This document shows positions 12,840 to 25,262 of a DNA stretch of 64,000 nucleotides, one piece after another; the first letter of the stretch is position 1; each line of letters starts with the position of its first letter. Made by a program: the position numbers and the translations under genes. Under the pieces are notes generated by a model. The model saw nothing but the letters and a program-made list of their open reading frames with translations, ran no database searches and had not been told where the DNA came from. This DNA comes from Podarcis erhardii (lineage: Eukaryota), in NCBI GenBank assembly GCA_964252035.1, contig OZ176202.1, one strand, 5' to 3'.

Positions 12840-15555
12840 TACTTTCATTTAATTTTCCTTTCCTGATTCTTGCTTTTGTCTAGCATCTGCTTCCCATTTC
12901 TCCTGCAGTTGATCTTATTGTCAGTGGCCATCCATTACACTGCAAATAATCAAGTTATGGGGTATTTGTTTGTTTGTTTGTTTTACTAATTTTCGCCATG
13001 TATATCAGTATATTGATAATTCAGTCTTTAGAGAGCTGCCAGACTAATGTTTTGCTCTTTACAATGACGCATGTGAATAGCCACTATTAAGTTTTTGTGC
13101 TTTTTAAAAGGAAAGGTGGAAACTTCCACCACTCACTCTTTCTCATCTGTATTCAAACACAGGTGGAAAAGAGGCTAGCTTCAACCACAACATTTATTAT
13201 TTTTAGCATAATCCTTTCTAATTTATCAGAATCTTGATGCTTTGATCAACATGTTGCAATTCCTGCACACTTACTCTCCCAAGAACCAGTATTATTATCT
13301 ACTCAGAGTGATAATACGCAAAGTGTGTGTGTCTGTGTGTGTGTGTTTGATGTTCAGTGCTAATGCCTCCCTTGTTCTCTTACAATGGCAATGGTGCCCA
13401 TGTGAGAGGCACCAGAACTGCATTCCGGCGAGTTCTGGATGCAGAAAAAAAGCTCCAATGATGTTCTATAAATAAATTCAGGCATTTATGGAAAAAAAAC
13501 TTAATCGTTCAAACTGGGGGGAAATTGGTATGCAAATACAACTATCATGTAAGAATTCATGTCATGTTTAGCCCTGGAGTAATTGCATCACAGCACTAAT
13601 TCACACAGAGATTTTAAAATGTTGTTGTTAAAAATGTATCCATTTAATACTTCAATTTAATAAATAAATATAAACAATACCTCTGGAATCAGAACTAAGA
13701 AATAGCAGGCAATAAATCTCCTTCCTGTCACTTCATCTGGGAACAGAACTACTGCTTTGAGGTGATGGCCTAATGTGAGTGAAAGAGGCCCTAATTAATT
13801 ATACACATATTAGACATGCTAATCTAGAGTAAAAGACTTGAAGAAATATCTCTGACAGCAGAGCTGGAAGGGTAAACAATTTTGGGATTAATTCGGAGGC
13901 TCATGATGCCTCTGTGACATCAGGGGCTGGAGAACTGAAGCAGAGAAGATCCAATCCAGAGGTCAGACTAAGGAAAATGATTGTTGCAACTGAAGTGTTC
14001 CCAAACTGAACAACAACAAAAATTTGCTGAGGCCCAAGTGTTTCAGAATGCAGGGTTTTCAAAGCTCTGTGTCTGTGGTGTGCTGTAGAAAATCAGAAAG
14101 CGGGGAATGTGATAATGTTCAAGGCTACAATACTATACAGGCATCTTAAATCCCATCAAATTTCAACAGGACTTCAGTAATGTAGCTGTATGTGCAGGAT
14201 TGCAGATTTAGTGTCTAATATAAAATGCATAAATAGTAACCCATATCACTGCTCATTGTTTACTCTTTCCTTGCAGAATGCCCTGGCCAGATAGGTCAGA
14301 TGCACCCCCCAAATTACACAGTAATTGCTCCAACCACAAACCCTCTTAACCTTTACAACCCCTAAGGAGTGTAAAGTCTTGTAAGTCGAAGCAATTGCTT
14401 CCAAAGGGGCCTTGAGACAGCATACCCTGTACTTCTCAGCTCGATCCCTCTCAGTTTCTTAGGGGAATAGAGCCTGCACCCAGCTCCCTATCTCTACCTG
14501 ATTTTCTCTGTCAACCCTAATCCTATATCTTTATAGCATGGGCCAACTGGCTTAAGCTTGTGGGGGATTTTCACCCATTCTGCAAACTGGCAGCAATGCA
14601 GCAAGATGCAACGTCAAATTTATTAGGACTGACAAGGGAGAACACAAAGGGACAAAGCAGAATACTGAAAAATAAAAGGAGCAATGTTAGCTCAAGCCTA
14701 ATAAACAGGTGTCTGGTCTCCTCATGAGTAATGCAATGTAGCTAGTCAGTTGCTGGTTTCCTAATGGCCGATGATGGACAATGGGCCCTTGTGTGGTGGA
14801 CAAAGGGACTGTTTTGACAGTACCTTTTTAAAGGGCTTCCTACCCATATTGGGTTGAGTGATAGCTGGTACTCTTTCAGCCAATCACAGTTTCCAAGTGA
14901 TCTGTGTGACACTTTTCCAAGAGTTGCAGAGATGGCAGACAGTCCTTGTGGGCAGGAGAAGAGGGATACTACTGACGGAAATCACCACCAGCCTTTTTAG
15001 GTCTATTTACCAGACAAAACCTAACCTGTGCTTGGGTGATGTACATGCCTGCTTTGCTTAGGCTAAATGGAAGTCAAGGGAGCAGGGCTTGTCTCAACAA
15101 ACTGACCTGTTCCTTGTGGAAATGGCTTTAGTAGAACCTGTATTTCACTCATATATCAAGGCATACCACTATGTCACTCATATATGCATAGAGGAATGAG
15201 CATGCAAGTGAGAACTCAGCAATCTATATTTGATTTAAACTTCCCATTATACAATGGGAATACTTTGCATGACCAAAGCAAACACACTAAGACTTACAGC
15301 AAAGTTACTGTAAAAGTTAGTTCAGGCACAAAGATCTGCCCAACGTCGTTCAATGTGGAAACAGATGTAAATAACTCATTTAGTTTCTATGCAGTCTCCT
15401 TTTCCTCCTTTAGCATTCCTTTGGCTCCCTTATCATCCAAGTGTCAAATTACGCCCATAACTGGTCTACTGCTACTAATGCATTTATTATTTTTTTGTTG
15501 ATCTTTATGTTTTTAGGAATGTGAGCCTCAACTCACTTTTGAGAGTGAACATTCT

Positions 15556-15723
15556 GTTTATTTCACGTAGAGCCCACCTTTTCCTTGGAGCATCTCATGG
15601 TTCTCTACCTACCTCCCACTTTATCCTTACAACAACTCGGACATGACGGGCCCAAATTCACTCTGCATGACTGAGTATGGATTTGAACCTGCATCTCCTA
15701 TTCCACCACTCTAACCACTATAA
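15556..15723 (-). mobile_element. Old Squam3/MIR-like SINE
   Basis: TTTATCCTTACAACAAC core, reverse B-box GGATTTGAACC, reverse A-box CTCTAACCACTA. Confidence 0.6.
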
Positions 15724-17459
15724 TGCATTTATTTATTGGTTACACAGGTCCGTAAGTTATAGTTGCTTAACGTAGCTAATGAAATTAAGAGACACCCTTT
15801 CCTTTGAGGTGATGAAATGCAGTACAGGATAGGACTCAGGTACCTTTAACAGTTGTATAGAAAAAAGGCTTTTGGCAGATGCTGGGTTTTCGCCCTTTCT
15901 GCCCTGGCAGCCGTGTAACATGACAAACCGCATCTACATTTTTCTTCTCCTTTTTGTGTTAGAGATCAGTTGTTGATCTAGCCAGGAGCTTCATCTCATT
16001 TGCAAAACAGCTGTTTCTCTTGATATAAACTCCTGTATGGTAACTCATGTGTGCTTAAACCCTGTCTGTTAGGCACATGACTGTCAGCATTCTGAAAATC
16101 ATGTTTCATTACTGGCACAATTGCTTTCCTGCAGGAAATTAGGTTCTGGGGGTGTTTTGGTTTTTTTGCTTGCTCATCTTGAAGAACAGCATGGATGGTA
16201 GAAATATTCCATTTAAATGGTACTCAGCCAAAAAGCAACAGATTTAATCAGTGGGTAGTGAACAGAAACTGTTTGAATTAATTGGGAAATAGGTCTCGTC
16301 TAATGGTGTTGCCACCCTTTTTTCCTGCTGAAGTCTATTACCTCTATGCTATCTGCTGCTGGTATCCCTCAGGTGAGAAGGAAAGGGGCATGCAACGGAT
16401 GATCACATGCCAAGATGAGGATAATTAATCTAAACCTCACCAGAAGTAAAGCTTATGTTAGGAAACGGCAGGATGTGTAACCTCGGCACATTGGAAGATG
16501 AAACGTCTGAAACCAGACATTAGAGAAAATGGATTATATGCCTTCTCAATGCTGTGCTGAGAGTGTAGTTGGATGCAAGACTCAGAGAGGGCTAGGTATT
16601 TTCTTAATGCACCTAAAACATGCATATTGAGGGGGGAAATTGACATGCATGCAGAATGCTGAAGGTTTTTTCCCCCTTCAGCTTTACATTGCTGAAATTG
16701 CTCAAGAACATTTCATCTGTGTACTAATATGACCCCCATAAAGCTGCCAAGGTCAACAAGACCCAGAATGATCTGCTGTGTAAGAACCAATCATGCAAGC
16801 TAAAACTGCCTGCAGGCTTGCTATATCTTATAATACACACATCCTTTTTTTACTTTTTACTTTTAAAAAGTGCATTCAAATGCATTTTAAAACTGCTGAT
16901 TGGAAAATATCTACATTATGATGTAAGGAATTTTCCCATCTCAATTTGGACTCATTTACAATTCATACTGCCCCTAGTCTCTTCTCTTCTTAAACCCGTG
17001 ATGACGCTCATACATTTTGTAAGTTTTCATGCTAAAGGGTAGAAATATAAAGCTGTAATGCATGAAATACTACCCATTCGCACAACAGGACTGACTTCCC
17101 CTTCCCTGACTTTCCTTGTAGCCCCTCCAAGTGCCCTCAACATCTTCTTTGGAAAGCTGGGAGAACTTCCAGAGCAGAGTTTTGGGGCAAGTGGGGTGTG
17201 CTGGGGGTAGGAGGAGGTGATAGCCCCATTGCACAAGTGGAAGTATGCTTGTGCAACATTGGATTCTGCCCACACACTCTAATATAATTCAACATTAAGG
17301 CTAATACCAAAGTTCTCTAAGCAGCATTGTTGAATAAGTTGATTTGCAATTTATGTTGCATTTATTTCTGCTGGAAACATAACTACCACTAGAAAAAGAA
17401 TACCACAAATCTATGTAGGAATGTTATTGTTTTTTTAGAATTTGGGGCACTATCATTAT

Positions 17460-18310
17460 GTGAAAACTAATCAACCATAAGATTTGTGGTGAGGTATCAT
17501 AAGTATGCTAATGATACTCAGTTCTATTTCTCTGTAACATCTGAATCTGGAGTGGCCATGCAAACTCCAGACAGTGCCTAAGCTTGGTGTTTGACTGGAT
17601 GAGGACCTACCAATTGGCTCTGAATCCTGTGGGTGAGCAGTTCCTGAGTCTGGATAATTGGTCAAATGCCTGCTTTGGACAGGGTCACAATCCCACTGAA
17701 AGGGTAGGTCCACAGTGTGGAGGTGGCCTTGGATCCATCACTGTCACTAGAAGCCCAGCTGACCACAGTGGCTAGGAGATCCTTTTAACAGGTGCAACTG
17801 GTAAGACAGCTACAGCACTTCTAGACTATGAGAGCCTAAACACGGTCATGCATGTGTTGGTAATCATCCACTTGGATTGCTGCAATGTGGGCTGCCCACG
17901 ATGTTTACCCAGAAGCTGCAGCTAGTACAAAACACAACTCCTTAGGGCAGAATTTTGCCATCTTATTATGTCACTGCTGAAAGTGTTGTATTAGCCACCT
18001 GGCTAAGTTCAAGGTGTTCATACTGGTGTACAAAGTCATATACAGCTTGGGATTAGGATACCTAAAACATTGTCTCCTCCATTATATTGCTGACTTATCA
18101 CAGCAAGAAAGGGCATTCTGCAGCTACCATCAAATCACATATGTCATCTCACTGTTCTGTATGATACTGGGACCTTATTTTAATTGTCTTTTTGAATGCA
18201 TGCAATTGATTTTGTATATATAAAGATATATTAATGCATGCTTTTATTGTATTATGAAATCATTTTGAGATGCCTCAAATGAAATTATTTTTATTTAGAA
18301 ATAAATAAAT
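17460..18310 (+). mobile_element. L2 LINE 3' portion (degraded RT and C-terminus, AAAT tail)
   Basis: CATAAGTATGCTAATGATACTCAGTTCTAT = HKYANDTQFY (YADDTQLY RT motif), then DWMR..LNP and LDPSLSLEAQ..VAR remnants with stops and frameshifts. Ends in AAATAAATAAAT. Confidence 0.85.
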
Positions 18311-18459
18311 AATAGTATTGACAGCTGATACTGAAAATGTACAATGAATAATGGACTTCCATTTTTGTTTAGGATAATATAAACTGTGAAGGAATAGGGC
18401 ATTCAGTCATTTTGTGTTCTTTTTGGTTGCTATAAAATGGTTGCTTTTGGGTTTATAGG

Positions 18460-19052
18460 TTCTTCTGCAAAAGTTCATATGAAGGTTAAAGATACCCAGC
18501 AGGAAGTTCTGAACTAGAAGGTCGAAAGTTTACAAGGCGATGTTTTGCTCTTAGCAATTAAGGAGAAACTGAAACTTAACCAACACTCTACTCTGTTCAG
18601 ATTGGCTAAAAGTTTAGGAGAAGAAGTGAAAATATTGTTTGGAATGGTTAGTTGAATAGAAGAAAACTTCTAGAGATAGACACTTTAGGAGATAAAGAAT
18701 TGAAGAGCTGCAAGCAAGAGGAAGGTGTGAAACTCTAAGATAGCTGCAGCTCTAAAAAGAGTTAAAGAGCTTAGGGAAGTACTCCTGCAGCAATAAGCCA
18801 GGAGAGGACCACAAAGGGGTACAGAAACTGAATTTAGGGATCAAAATTGCTAAGTATTGGATTGGTAGGGAAACAGATTAGAATAGGTACAGCTGTATAA
18901 ATTAACCTCTCGTTGTTGTTGGGGTTTTTTTAATTTTCTCTTATGGGTAGCTACTAAAACTGTGTAAGTAGTGACTGGTTGCCTTAATAAAACTGTAAGT
19001 TAAAGCTCAGGCAGCTGTTTGTTTCTTGGAAAAAGTTGGCCTGAGGTCTTGT
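18460..19052 (+). mobile_element. Putative LTR-like element with decayed coding-like tract
   Basis: Purine-rich broken reading frame at about 18479-18796, two ATTGG (reverse CCAAT) at 18856-18865, TATAAAT at 18896, AATAAA at 18986-18991. Ends not defined. Confidence 0.35.
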
Positions 19053-19119
19053 TATTCATCTAATGCCTCAATGCCATACTATTCTGCAGGCTGGACAGCT
19101 CCACTCTAAAAGGTTAAAG

Positions 19120-19351
19120 CATGGACAGGCAAACTAAGGCACGGGGGCCAGATCCGGCCCAATCGCCTTCTAAATCTGGCTGGCGGACGGTCCAGGAATC
19201 AGTGTGTCCTTTTATTTAAAATGCATCTCTGGGTTATTTGTGGGGCATAGGAATTCATTTATTTATTTTTTCAAAAATATAGTCCAGCCCCTCCACAAGG
19301 TCTGAGAGACAGTGGACTGGCCCCCTGCTGAAAAAGTTTGCTGACCCCCTG
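19120..19351. mobile_element. hAT MITE
   Basis: Ends CATGGACAGGCAAAC...GTTTGCTGACCCCCTG with a perfect 8-bp TSD GGTTAAAG (19112-19119, 19352-19359). Same family as 24734-25026, opposite orientation. Confidence 0.9.
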
Positions 19352-20811
19352 GGTTAAAGGGTTGTTTAGTGGAGGCAACCAGGAAGCCATGGTGGTGGCA
19401 GCAAGAAGAAGCTGTAAGGTTTGGCTTGGCTGGTGCGCTTGCATCCCTTTCCTCTCATGTTGCAAGCATCATGCTTTCACATAAGCTTTCACACTCACAA
19501 TTAAGGTAGTTCAGAGTAAGTAGCGCAAACTAAGTAGTGCTTATCAATGCATCAATGTTCAGTTCTTTCCATCCATTGTGGTGTCCAATCCATGCTTGTT
19601 TTAGGACAAATGCACACATATGTATGCAATCATAAAGTCAGGGCAAGCATTTCAGCTTGCCAGATGAAATGATCCCCTTTCCCCAATGCATTGTTTTGGG
19701 GGCTCTTCCACCACCCCCAGCCCAGTTTGAGGGGACATGGGGCAGGGTTGCAGGAGCAGGGGAACACCCCATTGCACAAGTGGACATCCATACACATTGA
19801 CAGAACTGATTGGTTGAACCCTGCCTTAAAAGTTTAAGTTGCTCAAAGTGCTGCATATTATAATAGTGCAGCCTTGAGGTTTCAAAGGTGAAAAAATACG
19901 ATTGCTAGATACAAACATACCATAAAAACTTGCTGTCTTCATGCTGTACAGGATTGGGAATGAGGGACGACACATCTTATTACTACAGAAACCATAACTG
20001 GAAGTGAACTGAACCTGGAACCATTAAACTTGAAACACTTAATAGTTACAGATATGGGAGATCAAGGAAAATAATTCATGTTTCATTGGTATGAGAGAAA
20101 ATGAGGGAAGATGCACCCCAATTGCAGTTCCAACTTTTCATAAGAATTTTTGAGCCTCAGTACTTCCAGCTTTAACTAGATTTAGCTCACCTGAATCCAT
20201 TTCCTCAGCCACAGCCAGCCATCAGCAAAGCACCTATAAATATGTATATGTGGAACGATTATTATGTTTATTTTTCTGACATCTGACTTAAGCATTTTTT
20301 ACCCAGCTGCTCTCATTTTCCTACTACCTATTGAATAAATTGAATGAATTAGGGCAAAATTCAGACTTCGCCAGAAAGAAATAAAATGTTCTTGGAGATT
20401 TTCCCTTCAGGCGAAGTGAAGGCTTGGTCAAGAGAGGAGGAAAGAAACAGAAGATGAAGTGGTAGAGAAATGGGGCAGAGCCTACAGGGAAATTACATCA
20501 AGAGAGGCAGAGAGAGAAAAAAAATTAGGACCTTTGCTGCCTCCAGTGGTGTGTGTGTGTGGCATGCACACATCACATGTAAGCACACATTCGTGGTTGG
20601 ACACCATTGCAGTGCAGAAAATTTTACCATTTATGTGCAGAGCAAGTGAACATTTGCACATATTTGTAAGGAGAAGTGCTCCTGTCACTATATTCAGATT
20701 CAGGCTTATGCTATCTTTTGAGAGTAAGGTGGCCTCCTTTAATAATAACCTATGTGTAGTGTTTGCAGATAAAGATAAAAAATATATTGAGTCCATATAG
20801 CCAACTGGTGT

Positions 20812-21299
20812 GTTGTTGTTGTTTAGTTGTTTAGTCGTGTCCGACTCTTTGTGACCCCATGGACCAGAGCACGCCAGGCACTCCTGTCTTCCACTGTCTC
20901 CCGCAGTTTGGTCAAACTCATGCTGGTAGCTTCGAGAACACTATCCAACCATCTCGTCCTCTGTCATCCCCTTCTCCTTGTGCCCTCCATCTTTCCCAAC
21001 ATCAGGGTCTTTTCCAGGGAGTCTTCTCTTCTCATGAGGTGGCCAAAGTATCGGAGTCTCAGCTTCAGGATCTGTCCTTCCAGTGAGCACTCAGGGCTGA
21101 TTTCCTTAAGAATGGATAGGTTTGATCTTTTTGCAGTCCATGGGAACAATCAAAAACATCAATTCTTCAGCGATCAGCCTTCTTTATGGTCCAGCTCTCA
21201 CTTCCATACATCACTACTGGGAAAACCATAGCTTTAACTATACGGACCTTTATTGGCAAGGTGATGTCTCTGCTTTTTAAGATGCTGTCTAGGTTTGTC
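20812..21299 (-). mobile_element. Bov-B (RTE) LINE, 5'-truncated
   Basis: Minus strand encodes LKLRLRYFGHLMRREDSLEKTLMLGKMEGTRRRG (RTE ORF C-terminus) and ends in a (CAA)n-type tail. 14-bp TSD TAGCCAACTGGTGT at 20798-20811 and 21300-21313. Confidence 0.95.
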
Positions 21300-23304
21300 T
21301 AGCCAACTGGTGTATAGGGCCATAAATAGTAAATGGCCCATGATATTACTGCTGCCCCACTAGGGGGAAAAACAGTAAGGACAGAAATGTCTTGGCTTTT
21401 TTTCCAGCCAGGTTTCATGAGGGTGAGAATAAGCTTACCATTAATGCCTCTACTCCTGAATGTGCATAACAGGTTTCAGGCTTGAAGCAGGGGAAAGGAT
21501 AAAGAGTGGATGCTTCCCAGCCTAGATGAGTTTGTTTGGAAGATGAAGGTAGGGACAAGCACATTGCAGCTGGGTATGATCTGATCCCATACATTTCGTC
21601 AGAGACATTTGGGCATGCCAGGCTTTGGAAACAGGGTATGCCGAAATTGGGGGGGGGGACACAACCCAAAATACAGTGGGTAAAGCACAAAGTTGAGTGT
21701 ATATATTGGACATGCTATGATAACATAAAATGATACTAGAGACAAATTTATGCAGCCAAATAGCAAAGTGTTACCTTTCATGACTTGGATGGATGCATCT
21801 CAGAAGGGGGTGACCAGAGTCTTGTTTCTCTCACATACTCTTTTTCTGTGGAGGTAGCACAGTTACCTTTACTTGTTTTCCAGCCAAGCAATTTCATGCA
21901 TGCATGAATGTTTAAACTTTCGTACCTGGATGTGTGGCCTGTTTTCAGCCTTCCAATTTTCTTGCATATGCATACATCAATATTGTCATTGTGCAGTTTT
22001 AGACTAGGCTGCTGTGTAATGCCAAGATGGTAAAAGTGGTGCATGTTGTTAGTTGTTGTTTTTAAAAAAGTAAATTTGAGTGCATAAATCCTTAGGCAGC
22101 AGAACCTCCATGCGGGAGGAGGGGACAGAAAAGAGAATGTGAACAAGTGAGGCAAGGTCATGCTCTACAAAAGGCTTCAGGGTGTTTTGTCTTGGGAATC
22201 ACTGAATTAGGCAAAACGATTTTTCTTGAAATGTCAGAAAAATCATAGGCTCGTTTTGGGAGATTTGGTTTTGCTATTGCTGCTCTGATGCCACACAAGA
22301 AACAGTGTGTGTCATTCTGAGGGCAGAATAGTCTTGCCTTCCCTGATTAGACCTCTGTGGTTTTACATGCACTGGAGAAAGGGACAGCTTTGGTTTTGGT
22401 AACTGTCCTTACGACTGGACACTTATCTTCATTACCTTGCATCCAGTGTGATTAGTTTGGATCATGTCTCTATTCGTTGGCCTCCTGGGAAAAAAGGCTT
22501 TCTGTTGCCTTCAGAAAGAATAGAAATGAGAGGCAAATGTGCTCATATGTGAATCTCATTTGCTTTGGTGGCCATATAGAAGCAGATTGTGCCCAAAGCA
22601 AGTAAAGTCATAGCTTGCGATGAATACATGTGTGCTTGTTTCAAATTCTAATATCTCATCCTTCTTCAAATTAGAATGTCTTCTGATGCACTCAAAAGCA
22701 TCAATAACCACAGGTTTAAAAATAAGGTAGCATCAAAAGGAGAAGCAAATTAAATTCCACATCTGTTAAAATAGGAATATGAGTATTTTAGTCAACCCTG
22801 ACTAGCTCCTGCTTACTGAGAGGAATAAGGTTGCAGGGAGGGTGTTGTCATGCTGGCAGGAGTGCCAGATTGGCTCAGCCAATGCATTAGCACTGTACCA
22901 CCCTCCCTCCCAACCTCCTGGGCAGCAGCAAAAAAACCTCAGGAGTGAGTACTGATAAGCTTCACTATGAATCACTGAATTACCCAAAGAAAAAGGACCT
23001 TGTCAGCAACAATAAGGCCTTGCTCCTTCACCGCATTTGGTATGGGTTAGTACATAGAGCAGGGCCCCTCCTAATTATGTTAAAAAGGCTCATATGGGGC
23101 CTTAAGCTTCAATAATCCTTCCGCTTCTCCTTTAACTATGTTGTCCTAAGACCTTAGTGCATAAGTGCTAATTCAACTGATGCAAAGTGCATTCGAACTT
23201 GGCAGCATTACTTGCTGTTTTTGTTATGATAGGTTCATGAATTAAATATATCACAAGCATCTTTTAAAAATGCAATTATTATTTTTCTTCTTGTTGATAT
23301 TTAC

Positions 23305-23440
23305 CAGGCATAGGCAAACTCGGCCCTCCAGATGTTTTGGGACTACAACTCCCATCATCCCTGACCACTGGTCCTGTTAGCTAGGGATGGTGGGAGTTGT
23401 AGTCCCAAAGCATCTGGAGGGCCGAGTTTGCCTATGCCTG
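23305..23440. mobile_element. Palindromic hAT-like MITE
   Basis: 58-bp arms CAGGCATAGGCAAACTCGGCCCTCCAGATG...CATCCCT with 2 mismatches. Flanks ATATTTAC / ATAGATGC match 5 of 8. Confidence 0.85.
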
Positions 23441-24733
23441 ATAGATGCCTTCCTTGGTTAGTTTTTCAGATGACCCAGGGAAATGCTTACGCCTCATTAT
23501 ATAAACCTGCCCTGTTACTATTATGCATGGCATTAGGGAGTTGGGGTGGAGGTGCTTACCAGACCTCCCAACAGGTGAGCCACTGCTCCTTACTGGAAGG
23601 CCAATCCAACCTGATGCTCCTGCAGGTGCATTTGCAACATGCCAACTTTCCCTGCCACCTCCCAGTAAGCAGCAACAACACAACTGCCAGAAGGTCAAGT
23701 AGGCACCTCTGCCCCACCACACTGATTTATTTATTTTTAATGTCTTTTCATTCTCTTGACTTCTAAAGACTGGTTCATAGAGTCACCTGTGATTTAAATC
23801 CAGATCTGCAGCACAGAAGAAGGAAAGCCTATTGCAAACTAACACAGTTTTAGTGAGCTTCACAAACTGGATTTGAATTAATAATTTTATTATTTAGATA
23901 CCCCAAAAATATATAAAAAACCAGTGTAGTTTTTAAATAAATAAATAAAACATCTCATGAACACAGCCAGTACAAAAACACCCACAGCCTTTCTATGCAG
24001 ACAGGAGATTTTGGGCTTATTAAACGAAGTGGAAAAACAAAGGCAAAAGCAGCGCTTTGAGGGGGAGTCTTGGAAGCATCCGGAAGAGAACTCAGGCAAA
24101 TCAATTGCTTCCCACGCTCAGTCTGTTGTGTTCTGCCTTCTTACCCTATCAGAGAGAAGCAGCCCATCAGAGTTAACGAAGTAAAGAAAGCCATAAGCAG
24201 GGAAGGGAATGTTGGTGACAGTTTGGGGAGAAGGCCTAACTCATTAAAGAACCAAATGAGGAAGAATTATGTAAAGCTCTATGTTAAACTTTAAAATAAT
24301 GAACAAGGGAGACTGCTTGTTTTTAAACTCTACCTAACTTAATGCTTTTGACTCATTTTTGTTACAAAACGCTGGGTCCCTATGAGTTACCACTTTGAAT
24401 TGCTTGGAGTGAGAAGCAGAGTACTTGCAGATGGGTGGGTGTTTACTGTGGGACTGGTGCATACTCCCCCCTTCTTTTGCAGTGTCCACACATTATCATC
24501 AAAATGTCTCTCCACGCTCCCCACAAATTTAACAGGGATTTGCCTTTTCTGGGGTAATCAGACAAGGTGTTGTTGTTTTTAAAGCCTGATTCTTGCATCC
24601 CGCTTGCAACATCTTAATGACCCCTTTACAGTATGAATTCCCCAACTGGAAGCCCCCATTTGGAAGCACTCCAATTACACTGTAATAGTTTTTATACCAT
24701 TTTTTTCGAATTTGTTTTTTTTAACATATAAAT

Positions 24734-25026
24734 CAGGGGTCAGCAAACTTTTTCAGCAGGGGGCTGGGCTATATTGCGGGGGGGGGGGAGAGAGAACAAA
24801 TTCCTATGCCCCACAAACATCCCAGAGATGCATTTTAAATAAAAGCACACATTCTACTCATGTAAAAACACCAGGCAGGCCCCACAAATAACCCAGAGAT
24901 GCATTTTAAATAAAAGGACACATTCTACTCATGTAAAAACACGCTGATTCCCCGATTGTCCACAGGCCGGATTTAGAAGGTGATTGGGCCAGATCCGGCC
25001 TCCGGGCCTTAGTTTGCCTTCCCATG
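24734..25026. mobile_element. hAT MITE with internal 71-bp-period repeat
   Basis: Ends CAGGGGTCAGCAAAC...GTTTGCCTTCCCATG. Flanks ATATAAAT / CTTTAAAT match 6 of 8. Reverse-complement homologue of 19120-19351. Confidence 0.88.
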
Positions 25027-25224
25027 CTTTAAATCGTGCATGTGTGTATATATACATGTACAAGTGTGTGAGTTGTTTTAGTAGAAAAGCAGTTAATAAG
25101 TGAAATCAATCAATATACCTTTCTCCTGCTGTCACTTGTGTTCTACTTCCAGCATCAGAATGACAACTTTTCCAGCCCGAGCCCTATCTTTAACCCAAAC
25201 ATGCATCTTGAGTCCAACTTCATC

Positions 25225-25262
25225 ATAGCTATAGCTATAGCTATAGATATAGATATAGATAT
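25225..25262. repeat. Compound hexamer repeat (ATAGCT)3(ATAGAT)3
   Basis: Direct reading of the sequence. Confidence 0.9.

Noticed and set aside
14279-14375. Acceptor-like site followed by CPGQIGQMHPP...
   Set aside because: All three frames stop before the nearest GTAAGT donor, and no homology is recognised.
20827-21231. 134-aa plus-strand ORF (and 61478-61843)
   Set aside because: Antisense reading of Bov-B; not a host gene.
21352-21372. CTCF-like CCACTAGGGGGAA (also CTACTGGTGGCAG near 9360)
   Set aside because: The first lacks the GC after the G-run and the second is one base short of the core spacing.
21775-21855. Minus-strand AG...GTAAC exon-like segment
   Set aside because: All three frames contain stops and there is no other support.
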